Assembly: GCA_040386535.1 (NCBI GenBank)
Contig: JAZKFH010000052.1
Span: 1 to 49,646, forward strand
DNA: 49,646 bases
Origin: Myxococcota bacterium
GTDB lineage: Bacteria; Myxococcota_A; UBA796; SXON01
Direction: 5' to 3'
A model generated the notes under the pieces. The model did no database searches, had not been told where the DNA came from, and saw nothing but the letters and a program-made list of their open reading frames with translations. How positions within the stretch are numbered: the first letter of the stretch is position 1; every line of letters begins with the position of its first letter. The translations under genes and the position numbers were made by a program. Shown here in pieces: positions 28,043 to 39,055 of this stretch.

Positions 28043-30607
28043 ATGACGCTCCTGGCGCTCCTCGTCGCCGCCGCCGCGGCGGCCGACCTCTCCCTCGCCG
28101 ACCTCGTCAACCGTGACCTGGTGGGCGGCCCGGAGAACGACGCGGCCTGCCTCAAGAGCAAGGCGGAGCCCAAGCTGCCGCTGGCGATCGACCTGCCCGT
28201 GGGCACCCCGGCCGACACCGTCTCGCTCACCTGGGTGGTGCAGGGCCCCCCCGACGCGGACGGACCGGCGCTCCGCGTCCTCCTCACGTTCGCGGACGGC
28301 ATGGAGATGCCCGTCCGCCTGCGGTGGGGCCAGGACATCCTCCCCGTGCCCGTGGTGCTGCGCCAGGGCGTGCCCGTGGCGATCGGCGCCGGCGCCAGCG
28401 GCGCGCCGGTGGTGGGCACCCGCTGGGTGATGCCCACGGGCCGGCCCGGCGTGGCGATCACCCGCGTGCGGGTCGACAGCCCGGATCCCTCGCACACCAT
28501 CTGCATCACCGCGGCCGCCACGAACGTGCCGGGCCTGGCCGACGTGGTGCAGCACGACACCTCCGCCTGGTACCCGTTCGTGCCCGCGTGGAACGTGAGC
28601 GGGCCGCTCCCCCAGGCCCTCCCGGTCACCGGGCCCGTTGGTGACAAGGGGTTCGTGACACAGGGTGCGGACGGCCACCTGTACTTCGAAGGGGCGGACG
28701 GAACCGCCGAACCCACGCGCGCGAAGTTCTGGGGCATCAACATCGTGGCCTCCCCGGCGTTTCCGCCCAAGGAGGACGCCGAGGCCTACGCGCGCACACT
28801 CGCGGGGCTCGGCTTCAACCTCGTGCGGCTCCACCACATCGACCAGGACGCGCCCCAGGGGGTGATGAACCCCAAGCGCGGCCAGCCGGGCCAGCCGGAG
28901 CTCGATCCCGATCAGCTCGACCGCCTGGATTTTTTTGTCAGCAAGCTGCGCGAGCAGGGGCTGTACCTCTTCCTCGAGGTCGCCACGCTCCGCAACTTCA
29001 CCGCGGCGGACGGCGTGCCGGAGTGGGCGCCCGGCGTACCCGGCGGACACAAGCTCTCGACGATGTTCGTACCGGGGTGGACCGACGCGTACGACCGTTG
29101 GTTCGAGACCTTCTGGGGGCGCACCAACCCCTACACGAAGCTCCGCTACGCGGATGATCCGATGGTGGTGACCGTCGAGCTCTCCAACGAGCACTCGCTG
29201 CTCGCCAACTGGGGGTTCGGCCTCGAGAACCTGCCCCCCGCCCACCTCGTGCACCTCGACCGGCGGTGGAACGCGTGGCTGCGCACCCGCTACCCGGACG
29301 ACGCCGCGCTGGCCGCCGCGTGGGCCGGCAGCGCCAATCCCCGCCTGACCAAGGGGGAGTCCCTCGCGGACGGCTCCGTGCTGCGCGAGCCCCGCTTCCC
29401 CCCCACGTTCGAGAAGTGGCCGGCCCGGCGCACCGCGGATCTGTACACGTTCTACGCCGAGGTCGAGGAGGGCTGGTTCCGCCACCTGGAGAAGAAGGCG
29501 CGGGCGATGGGCTTCCGCGCGCCCATCGTGCCCTCGATCTCCTACGATCTGCCCCACATCCAGGTGATCCGCGATTCCTGGCGCTACTCCGACGCCCACT
29601 TCGAGTGGGACTACATGCACGACAACGTGACGACCGGTCGCAGCGCGCTCGCGACGCCCGAGGCCTTCCTCGGCCGCCTGTCGACCGCGATCGACGGCCA
29701 CGCCGTCGCCATGTCCGAGCTCGGCCACCCGAGCCCCAACCCCTACCGTGCCGAGGGGCCTTTCTTGTGGGCGGCGCTCGCGTCGCTACAGGATTGGGAC
29801 ATGGTCGTGTGGTTCAGTTGGGCCGACTCCGCGTTCACCCGCGAGGTCAAGGCGCTCTCCCACTGGGGCGAGCTGCGCACCGCGTCCGTGCTCGTGTCAC
29901 AGATGCCCGCGGCTTCCTCGGCGTTCCGGGGCGGGTGGATCCCCGCCGCCCCCGGCTTTCTGCCCCTGCACATCGCCGAGCCCGTGGCGCGCCTGCGGAG
30001 CGGCGACGCCGCCGTGATCCGCCGCCCGACCACGTTCCAGCCCTGGGGCCTGCTCGACGCGGGCACCCCGCTCCGCCAGCGCGTGCGCACCTCCTTCGCG
30101 CCCACGCCGCCCGCGGTGGTGCCGGGCGCGCCGGCCGCCGGGGTGGGGTGGTGGCCAGATCCAGGCCTCCTGTTCCTCGACCAGCCGACGTTGCAGGTGC
30201 GCGTGGGCCCCCCGGGCGACGCGGGGCGGATCGGAGACGGCATCCGCGCCCTCTCGGGCCTCGACGTGGCGCTCGACGGCTGGGCGGCGGTGTCGTTCGC
30301 CTCGGCGGACGGCAAGCCGCTGGCGGACTGCGCCGAGGCGCTGCTCACCATCGGCACCAGCCAGGAGATGAGCCACATGGCGTTCTCCGCGCGGGACACC
30401 GTGGTGGCCCAGCTCGGCATCGGGCCCGTCAAGGTGCGCCCCGCCGTCGGCGTCGTGCGCTTTCCCTGGCCCCGCAAGCCCGTGGTCAGCGTGCTGGGCG
30501 AGGACGGCACCCCGATTGGGAGCGTGGCGGTGCGCAAGGCCAGACAGAAGGGGTGGTGGGAGATCGACACCACCCACGTGAAGAGCCCGTGGATGGTGGT
30601 GCGGTAG
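28043..30607 (+). CDS. Secreted GH5-like (clan GH-A) glycoside hydrolase (854 aa)
   Basis: Signal peptide, then KFWGINI, GFNLVRLHHID, LDRLDFFVSKLREQGLY, NPYTKLRYADDP, ELSNE (acid/base) and MSELG (nucleophile). ATG immediately follows the sulfatase-like TAG. Confidence 0.75.
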   Translation: MTLLALLVAAAAAADLSLADLVNRDLVGGPENDAACLKSKAEPKLPLAIDLPVGTPADTVSLTWVVQGPPDADGPALRVLLTFADGMEMPVRLRWGQDILPVPVVLRQGVPVAIGAGASGAPVVGTRWVMPTGRPGVAITRVRVDSPDPSHTICITAAATNVPGLADVVQHDTSAWYPFVPAWNVSGPLPQALPVTGPVGDKGFVTQGADGHLYFEGADGTAEPTRAKFWGINIVASPAFPPKEDAEAYARTLAGLGFNLVRLHHIDQDAPQGVMNPKRGQPGQPELDPDQLDRLDFFVSKLREQGLYLFLEVATLRNFTAADGVPEWAPGVPGGHKLSTMFVPGWTDAYDRWFETFWGRTNPYTKLRYADDPMVVTVELSNEHSLLANWGFGLENLPPAHLVHLDRRWNAWLRTRYPDDAALAAAWAGSANPRLTKGESLADGSVLREPRFPPTFEKWPARRTADLYTFYAEVEEGWFRHLEKKARAMGFRAPIVPSISYDLPHIQVIRDSWRYSDAHFEWDYMHDNVTTGRSALATPEAFLGRLSTAIDGHAVAMSELGHPSPNPYRAEGPFLWAALASLQDWDMVVWFSWADSAFTREVKALSHWGELRTASVLVSQMPAASSAFRGGWIPAAPGFLPLHIAEPVARLRSGDAAVIRRPTTFQPWGLLDAGTPLRQRVRTSFAPTPPAVVPGAPAAGVGWWPDPGLLFLDQPTLQVRVGPPGDAGRIGDGIRALSGLDVALDGWAAVSFASADGKPLADCAEALLTIGTSQEMSHMAFSARDTVVAQLGIGPVKVRPAVGVVRFPWPRKPVVSVLGEDGTPIGSVAVRKARQKGWWEIDTTHVKSPWMVVR

Positions 30608-30693
30608 GCCTCCCGGTTCCCTCCCAAGCCGTGGTCCGGCCTGTTTGGGCCGCGAGCTCCCGCGTGTGTAGCCTCTTGGGGGGAGGAGCACGC

Positions 30694-31926
30694 ATGGGTA
30701 GATGGATCTTCCTGTGTCTGTCCGGCTGTTCGAGCCCGCCCGGCCTGCACGAAGTACCGCGGGATGGCCTGCGGGACGGCATGCCGGACAAGACGCCCGA
30801 TGACACGCCCGATGACACGCCCGACGAGCAGGCGGTGGTGGGCCCTCCCATTCCCTTCCGTACCGATTGGGATGTCCGCCCCGACGGGGAGAGCATCAGC
30901 GACGCGTTCCTGTACCGCGAGGGGATCGTGCACCAGCTGCGCCTCCTCGTGGACGACGCGGGCCTCGACTCGCTCGGCGACGCGCCGGAGATCGAGGTCG
31001 TGGCCGGGCTCGACGTGAACGGCGAGCCCGGCACCTACCCGATCGCCCTGCGCCTGAAGGGGACCAGCTCGTTCCGCACGTTGGAGAGCAAGCCGGCCTT
31101 CAAGATCGATTTCCACGAGTGGGATCCCACCGCGCGATTTCATGGCATCAAGCGACTCACGCTCAACAACATGGTCCAGGATCCCACCATGTTGCACGAG
31201 CACGTCTACTATTGGTTGTGCACGGAGCTCGGCATTCCCGCGCCACGCCACGCGTACGCCCGCGTGTGGCTCAACGGCGAGGAGCTCGGGCTGTACGGCA
31301 TCGTGGAGACGATGGACGAACAGTTCGTGAACCGGGGGTGGCCCGACGACGACGCGGGGCCGCTGTACGAGGCCGTCGGGGGCGACTTCGTGGACGAGCG
31401 GCGCGAGAAGTTCGAGGTGGAGGAGGTCGGCTCCGGCCTGCTCGCCATCGACGCCCTGGTCACCACCGTGCTCGCCACCCCGCCCGACCAGTTCCTCGCG
31501 ATGTTGGAGACCCACTTCGATCTGGACGCCCTGCTCACGTACTGGGCGCTGGACATCGTGAGCAGCAACCCCGACGGGTACGTGCTCAACCACAACAACT
31601 ACTACGTGTACGGCGCCCCGCTGGCCGGCAAGTGGACGCTGATCCCCTCCGGCGTCGACCGCAGCTTCGTGCCCACCCCAAGGCAGCCCGTGGGCGCGCT
31701 GGCGCTGGGTTGTCTCGCCGATCCCGACTGCGAGGCCCTGCTCGATGTCCGGATCGAGGAGGTCGCCGACACCTGGGACCGCCTCGACGTGCCCGCGGTG
31801 GTCACCGCGCTCCAGTCGCGCATCGGCCCGCTCTGCGAGGCGGATCCGCGCCGCGAGCGGGAGTGTCGGGGCGACGAGCTGCTCGATTTCATCGGCCACC
31901 GGACCGAGGAGGTCCGGGATCGGTAG
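30694..31926 (+). CDS. CotH kinase family lipoprotein (about 410 aa)
   Basis: GGAGGA RBS and LSGC lipobox. RLKGTSSFR, KPAFKIDF, LTLNNMVQDP, PAPR..YARVWLNGEELGLY..VE, NPDGY..NHNNYY. Confidence 0.88.
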   Translation: MGRWIFLCLSGCSSPPGLHEVPRDGLRDGMPDKTPDDTPDDTPDEQAVVGPPIPFRTDWDVRPDGESISDAFLYREGIVHQLRLLVDDAGLDSLGDAPEIEVVAGLDVNGEPGTYPIALRLKGTSSFRTLESKPAFKIDFHEWDPTARFHGIKRLTLNNMVQDPTMLHEHVYYWLCTELGIPAPRHAYARVWLNGEELGLYGIVETMDEQFVNRGWPDDDAGPLYEAVGGDFVDERREKFEVEEVGSGLLAIDALVTTVLATPPDQFLAMLETHFDLDALLTYWALDIVSSNPDGYVLNHNNYYVYGAPLAGKWTLIPSGVDRSFVPTPRQPVGALALGCLADPDCEALLDVRIEEVADTWDRLDVPAVVTALQSRIGPLCEADPRRERECRGDELLDFIGHRTEEVRDR

Positions 31927-31928
31927 GG

Positions 31929-32723
31929 TTACAGCAAGGCCCGCACGGTCCCGCCGTCCACCCGGAGCGCGGCACCGTTGGTGGCCGCCGCCCGCACGCT
32001 GCACACGAACACGATCATGTTGGCCACCTCTTCGGGCGTCGAGAACCGCTTGAGGAGCGACGACGGCCGGGCGTTGACGAAGAAGTCCTTCTCCGCGGTC
32101 TGCGGGTCCATGCCCTGCGAGGCGCCCAGGTCGGCCACGAATTGGGACACGCCCTCCGACCAGGTCGGGCCTGGCAGCACCGTGTTCACGGTCACCTTGG
32201 TGCCGGACGTGAGCTCGGCCAACCCCCGCGCGAGCGCCACCTGCGCGGTCTTGGTCACGCCGTAGTGGATCATCTCGGCGGGGATCTGCACGGCGGACTC
32301 GCTCGACACGAACACGATGCGTCCCCAATCGCGGGCCAACATGCCGGGAAAGTACGCGCGGGACAGGCGGACGCCGCTCATCACGTTGGTCTCGAAGAAG
32401 CGGAGCCAGTCCTCGTCGGGGATCTGCTCGAACGGCTTGGGTTCGAAGATGCCGAGGTTGTTGACGAGAACGTCGACCTCGGGGAAGGCGCGGACGAGCG
32501 CCGCGACGCCCGCCGCGGTCGAGAGGTCTGCCACCGCCACGGCCACCGAGGCGTTCGGCACGTCGCGCAGGATCGCCTCCCGCGCCGCCGCCGCGCGCGC
32601 CTCGGTCCGCCCGTTCACGAGGACGTGCGCGCCCTCTTCCGCCAGCCCCTTGGCCGCGGCGAAGCCGATGCCGGCCGTAGAGCCGGTGACGAGCGCTGTT
32701 TTTCCGCGGAGGCCGAGGTCCAT
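31929..32723 (-). CDS. Short-chain dehydrogenase/reductase (about 264 aa)
   Basis: VTGSTAGIG, LVNNLG, YGVTK (YxxxK), NTVLPGPT, VDGG. Confidence 0.93.
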   Translation of the reverse strand: MDLGLRGKTALVTGSTAGIGFAAAKGLAEEGAHVLVNGRTEARAAAAREAILRDVPNASVAVAVADLSTAAGVAALVRAFPEVDVLVNNLGIFEPKPFEQIPDEDWLRFFETNVMSGVRLSRAYFPGMLARDWGRIVFVSSESAVQIPAEMIHYGVTKTAQVALARGLAELTSGTKVTVNTVLPGPTWSEGVSQFVADLGASQGMDPQTAEKDFFVNARPSSLLKRFSTPEEVANMIVFVCSVRAAATNGAALRVDGGTVRALL

Positions 32724-32793
32724 GGGGTGTTCCCTGAGTGGCGCGAGCGTAGCGCGCCGGCCCGGGGCGAGCACAGCCCCGAGCCACCGCCCC

Positions 32794-36177
<3,384 letters not shown>

Positions 36178-36248
36178 GGCCGGGAGCGTAGCGCATGGGG
36201 GCCTTCCGGGGGGCGCGGCCAGGGTCTCGGGCGGGCGGGGCGGGGCGC

Positions 36249-36363
36249 GTCCGCCGCCGCGGACGGCGGCGGACCGGGCCCCTGTGGGCTCGCTGCGCTC
36301 GGTTGGCGCGGCCCGGGCCGGGGCGCCCGTCCCGCGCCGAACCGGCCGCCGAAGGCGGCCGCC
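36249..36363. repeat. Dispersed structured intergenic element, copy B
   Basis: Perfect 11-bp stem GTCCGCCGCCG-CGGA-CGGCGGCGGAC. Same three conserved blocks as 13683-13793. Confidence 0.6.
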
Positions 36364-36650
36364 CGTCGGGTCCCTCGCGCGGGGAGATCGTATGAGCGGG
36401 GCCCCCACGCGCGTCATCTCGGGGGGTAGATACTCGCACTCGCGCGGAGTCCAACGCCAGGGTTCGGCGCGCCAAGGGCGCGGAGGGCAGCCGCCCCCGG
36501 CGGCTGGTCCGGCCGGGCGCGCCGGTGACCCGAGCACGCGGATGATCCGCCCGGCCGACCAAGCGGCGCCAGCCGCGCGCCCGGAGCCGACCTGCCCGCG
36601 TCCGCGGGGCGCCCCCCGCCGCGTCGCTACCTCCTCGTTACAAGCACGGG

Positions 36651-37418
36651 ATGCACCCTCGCCGCTCCCTCCTCTCGCCGTTCGCCCCCGCTGTCGGCCT
36701 CGTCCTGGGCCTCGCGCTCGCGTGTGGCGGCCTCGGCGGGAGCGGGCGGGGCGACTCGTTCTCGAGCTCGACGGAGCGCGAGGTGGCGCCCGGCGCCGAG
36801 GGCTACGCCGCGCTCGACCAGGCGTACCGCGTGCCGCCCGATCGGGCCGTGGTCGCCGTCACCATCGGCGTGACCGCGGGGTCGGTCGCGGAGACGTCCA
36901 GCGCGTTGACCACGGAGGTCACCACGTTGGAGCAGGCGCTCGGGACGCGCTGCACGGCGGCCGTGTTGGACTACGGCCCGCCCACCGCCACGGGCGACAC
37001 GAGCTGGGCGGCCACCGCCGAGGTGCGCGTCGACATCGACCTGCGCGGCCTCCCCGGGGTGTCCGAGCGTCGTGAGCGTATCGACGCATGCCTCGCGTCC
37101 TTCGAGCCCCGCCTCACCCACGAGAATTGGAAATCGTACGCGAACAGCCCGCGGCAGGTGCGGCGTTCGGCCCCCACGCTCGTGGTGGACGCGCCCGACC
37201 AGCACCGCGACGCGCTCCTCGAACGCGAACGCACCCGGCTCAGCTGGGCCGCCGCCGCCACGGGCGCGCCCCAGCTCCACCCGGAGGACCTGCGCTGTGT
37301 GCCCGCCGGCACCGTGCACGTCGGCGATCAGCGGCTCTCCGGCGTGGTGCTTGCGCTCGACATGTCGTGCCGCGTCACCACGAACGCGGCGGCGGGGACA
37401 CTGGTCGCGAGCGAGTGA
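36651..37418 (+). CDS. Hypothetical lipoprotein, possibly SIMPL/DUF541-like (255 aa)
   Basis: LALAC lipobox. RVPPDRAVVAVTIGV loosely resembles the SIMPL N-terminus (weak). Confidence 0.65.
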   Translation: MHPRRSLLSPFAPAVGLVLGLALACGGLGGSGRGDSFSSSTEREVAPGAEGYAALDQAYRVPPDRAVVAVTIGVTAGSVAETSSALTTEVTTLEQALGTRCTAAVLDYGPPTATGDTSWAATAEVRVDIDLRGLPGVSERRERIDACLASFEPRLTHENWKSYANSPRQVRRSAPTLVVDAPDQHRDALLERERTRLSWAAAATGAPQLHPEDLRCVPAGTVHVGDQRLSGVVLALDMSCRVTTNAAAGTLVASE

Positions 37419-37436
37419 CGTGAGCCCCGGCGCCGC

Positions 37437-37883
37437 CTAGGCGAATCGATTGCTCATCAACCAGTAGTTGTAGACGTGGAGGATGAGCTTGTTCAGCTCG
37501 TGGAACCCCGTCGGCTTCACGAGGAACGAGTTGGCGCCGAGATCGTAGGCCCTGCGGATCTCGTTGTAGTCGTGCGAGGTCGTCAACATGACCACCGGCA
37601 CGCGCCGCCACGACTCCTCCTGCGCGCGGATCCAGCGCAGGACCTGCAAGCCGTCCTCGATCGGCATCTGGATGTCGAGCAGCACGAGGTCGGGCGCCGG
37701 GTTCGCGACCCGATCGGCGAACGGCGCGCTGCCGGTCAGGTACGCGCGTGCGCCCTCGGCCGAGGAGGCGGACCGCAGCTCCAGCGCCTTGTTCGCGCCC
37801 TGGAACGCGGCGCGGATCAACGTGACATCCTGCGCGCTGTCGTCGACCACGAGCACTACTGGATTACGACGGAACGTCGTCAT
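37437..37883 (-). CDS. Single-domain response regulator (about 148 aa)
   Basis: VLVVDD, LVLLDIQMP..DG, VVMLTTS, GANSFLVKP. ATG overlaps the kinase stop (ATGA). Confidence 0.92.
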   Translation of the reverse strand: MTTFRRNPVVLVVDDSAQDVTLIRAAFQGANKALELRSASSAEGARAYLTGSAPFADRVANPAPDLVLLDIQMPIEDGLQVLRWIRAQEESWRRVPVVMLTTSHDYNEIRRAYDLGANSFLVKPTGFHELNKLILHVYNYWLMSNRFA

Positions 37884-39016
37884 TCGATTTCCACGGGGAG
37901 CGAGACGTAGAAGGTGGCGCCCTGTCCGGGGGTCGCCGCGGCCCACAGGCGGCCGCGATGCTTTTCTACGATCTTCGCGGAGCTGGCAAGGCCGAGCCCC
38001 GATCCCGGGTATCGCTCGGTGGGGTGGAGTCGCTGGAACGGCCGGAGGATCCGGGCGGCAAACGCAGGGTCGAAGCCGATGCCATTGTCGACGACCGACA
38101 GGATCCACTCCGCGCCCTGGCGGCGCGCGGTGACCCGGACCGTCAGCTTGCGTGCGGGGTCCCGGTACTTGATGGCGTTCCACAACAGGTTCTGGAACAC
38201 GCGGGCCAGCGCCACGGGGTCCCCGGTGAGCCGGGGCAGCGGATCGACGACCACGTCGGCCTCCGCGTGCCGTACGCGGTCGTCGAGGTCCCGCAGCACC
38301 TGGGCGACGACCTCCCCGAGCTCCAGGGGCACGAAGGGGGCCGCCGTGCTCTCGAGGCGCGCGTAGTCCATCACCTCGGTGACGAGGGCGCGCATGCGCC
38401 GCGCCGCGTCCACCACCGCGAAGATGTACCCGCGGGCCTTGTCGTCCAGCTGGGCGCTGTACTCGTGCTCCAGGAGCTCGGCGAAGCTGGCCATCTTCCG
38501 GAGGGGCTCCTGCAGATCGTGCGAGACGAAGCTGGCGTACTCGTCCAGATCCCGGTTCGAGCGCGTCAGATCGACCAGCGCCTGGCGCAAGCGCTCCTCG
38601 GCCTCGCGGCGCTCGGTGAGGTCGCGGGTGACCTTGGCGAACCCGATGAGGGTCCCCGTTTCGTCCCGTAGCGCGGTGATGACGACGTTCGCCCAGAACC
38701 TCGTCCCGTCCTTGCGCACCCGCCAGCCCTCGTCCTCCACGCGGCCGACGAGCGCCGCCTCGCGGAGCTCCACCGCGGGCTTGTCGGCCGCGAGGTCTTC
38801 CGGCGTGTAAAACAGCGAGAAGTGCTTGCCGATGATCTCGCTCGCGGCGTAGCCCTTGAAACGATTCGCGCCCGGGTTCCAGGTCGCCACGGTCCCATCC
38901 GTCTCGAGGACGAAGATGGCGTAGTCGCGCACGCTCTCCACGAGCAGGCGGAACCTCTCCTCGCTGCGGCGGAGCTCCTCTCCGGGCGCGCTCGTCTTCG
39001 CGGAGGGCATGGTCAT
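37880..39016 (-). CDS. Cytoplasmic PAS-domain sensor histidine kinase (378 aa)
   Basis: PAS/PAC (WNPGA..FKGY, EGWRVRKDG.RFWA). H-box SHDLQEPLR, N-box NLLWNAIKY, DNGIG, GSGLGL. Confidence 0.93.
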   Translation of the reverse strand: MTMPSAKTSAPGEELRRSEERFRLLVESVRDYAIFVLETDGTVATWNPGANRFKGYAASEIIGKHFSLFYTPEDLAADKPAVELREAALVGRVEDEGWRVRKDGTRFWANVVITALRDETGTLIGFAKVTRDLTERREAEERLRQALVDLTRSNRDLDEYASFVSHDLQEPLRKMASFAELLEHEYSAQLDDKARGYIFAVVDAARRMRALVTEVMDYARLESTAAPFVPLELGEVVAQVLRDLDDRVRHAEADVVVDPLPRLTGDPVALARVFQNLLWNAIKYRDPARKLTVRVTARRQGAEWILSVVDNGIGFDPAFAARILRPFQRLHPTERYPGSGLGLASSAKIVEKHRGRLWAAATPGQGATFYVSLPVEIE

Positions 39017-39055
39017 GAGGTGTCGATAACTCGGGCCTGTTCGGAATCAAGCGGG

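Noticed and set aside
20589..31926. Endospore formation inferred from spoVR/yhbH/CotH names
   Set aside because: These families are widespread in non-endospore-forming bacteria, and no other sporulation genes are present.
37437..39016. Phytochrome system (Rcp1-like regulator)
   Set aside because: The kinase has a single PAS and no GAF/PHY domain. It is an ordinary cytoplasmic two-component pair.
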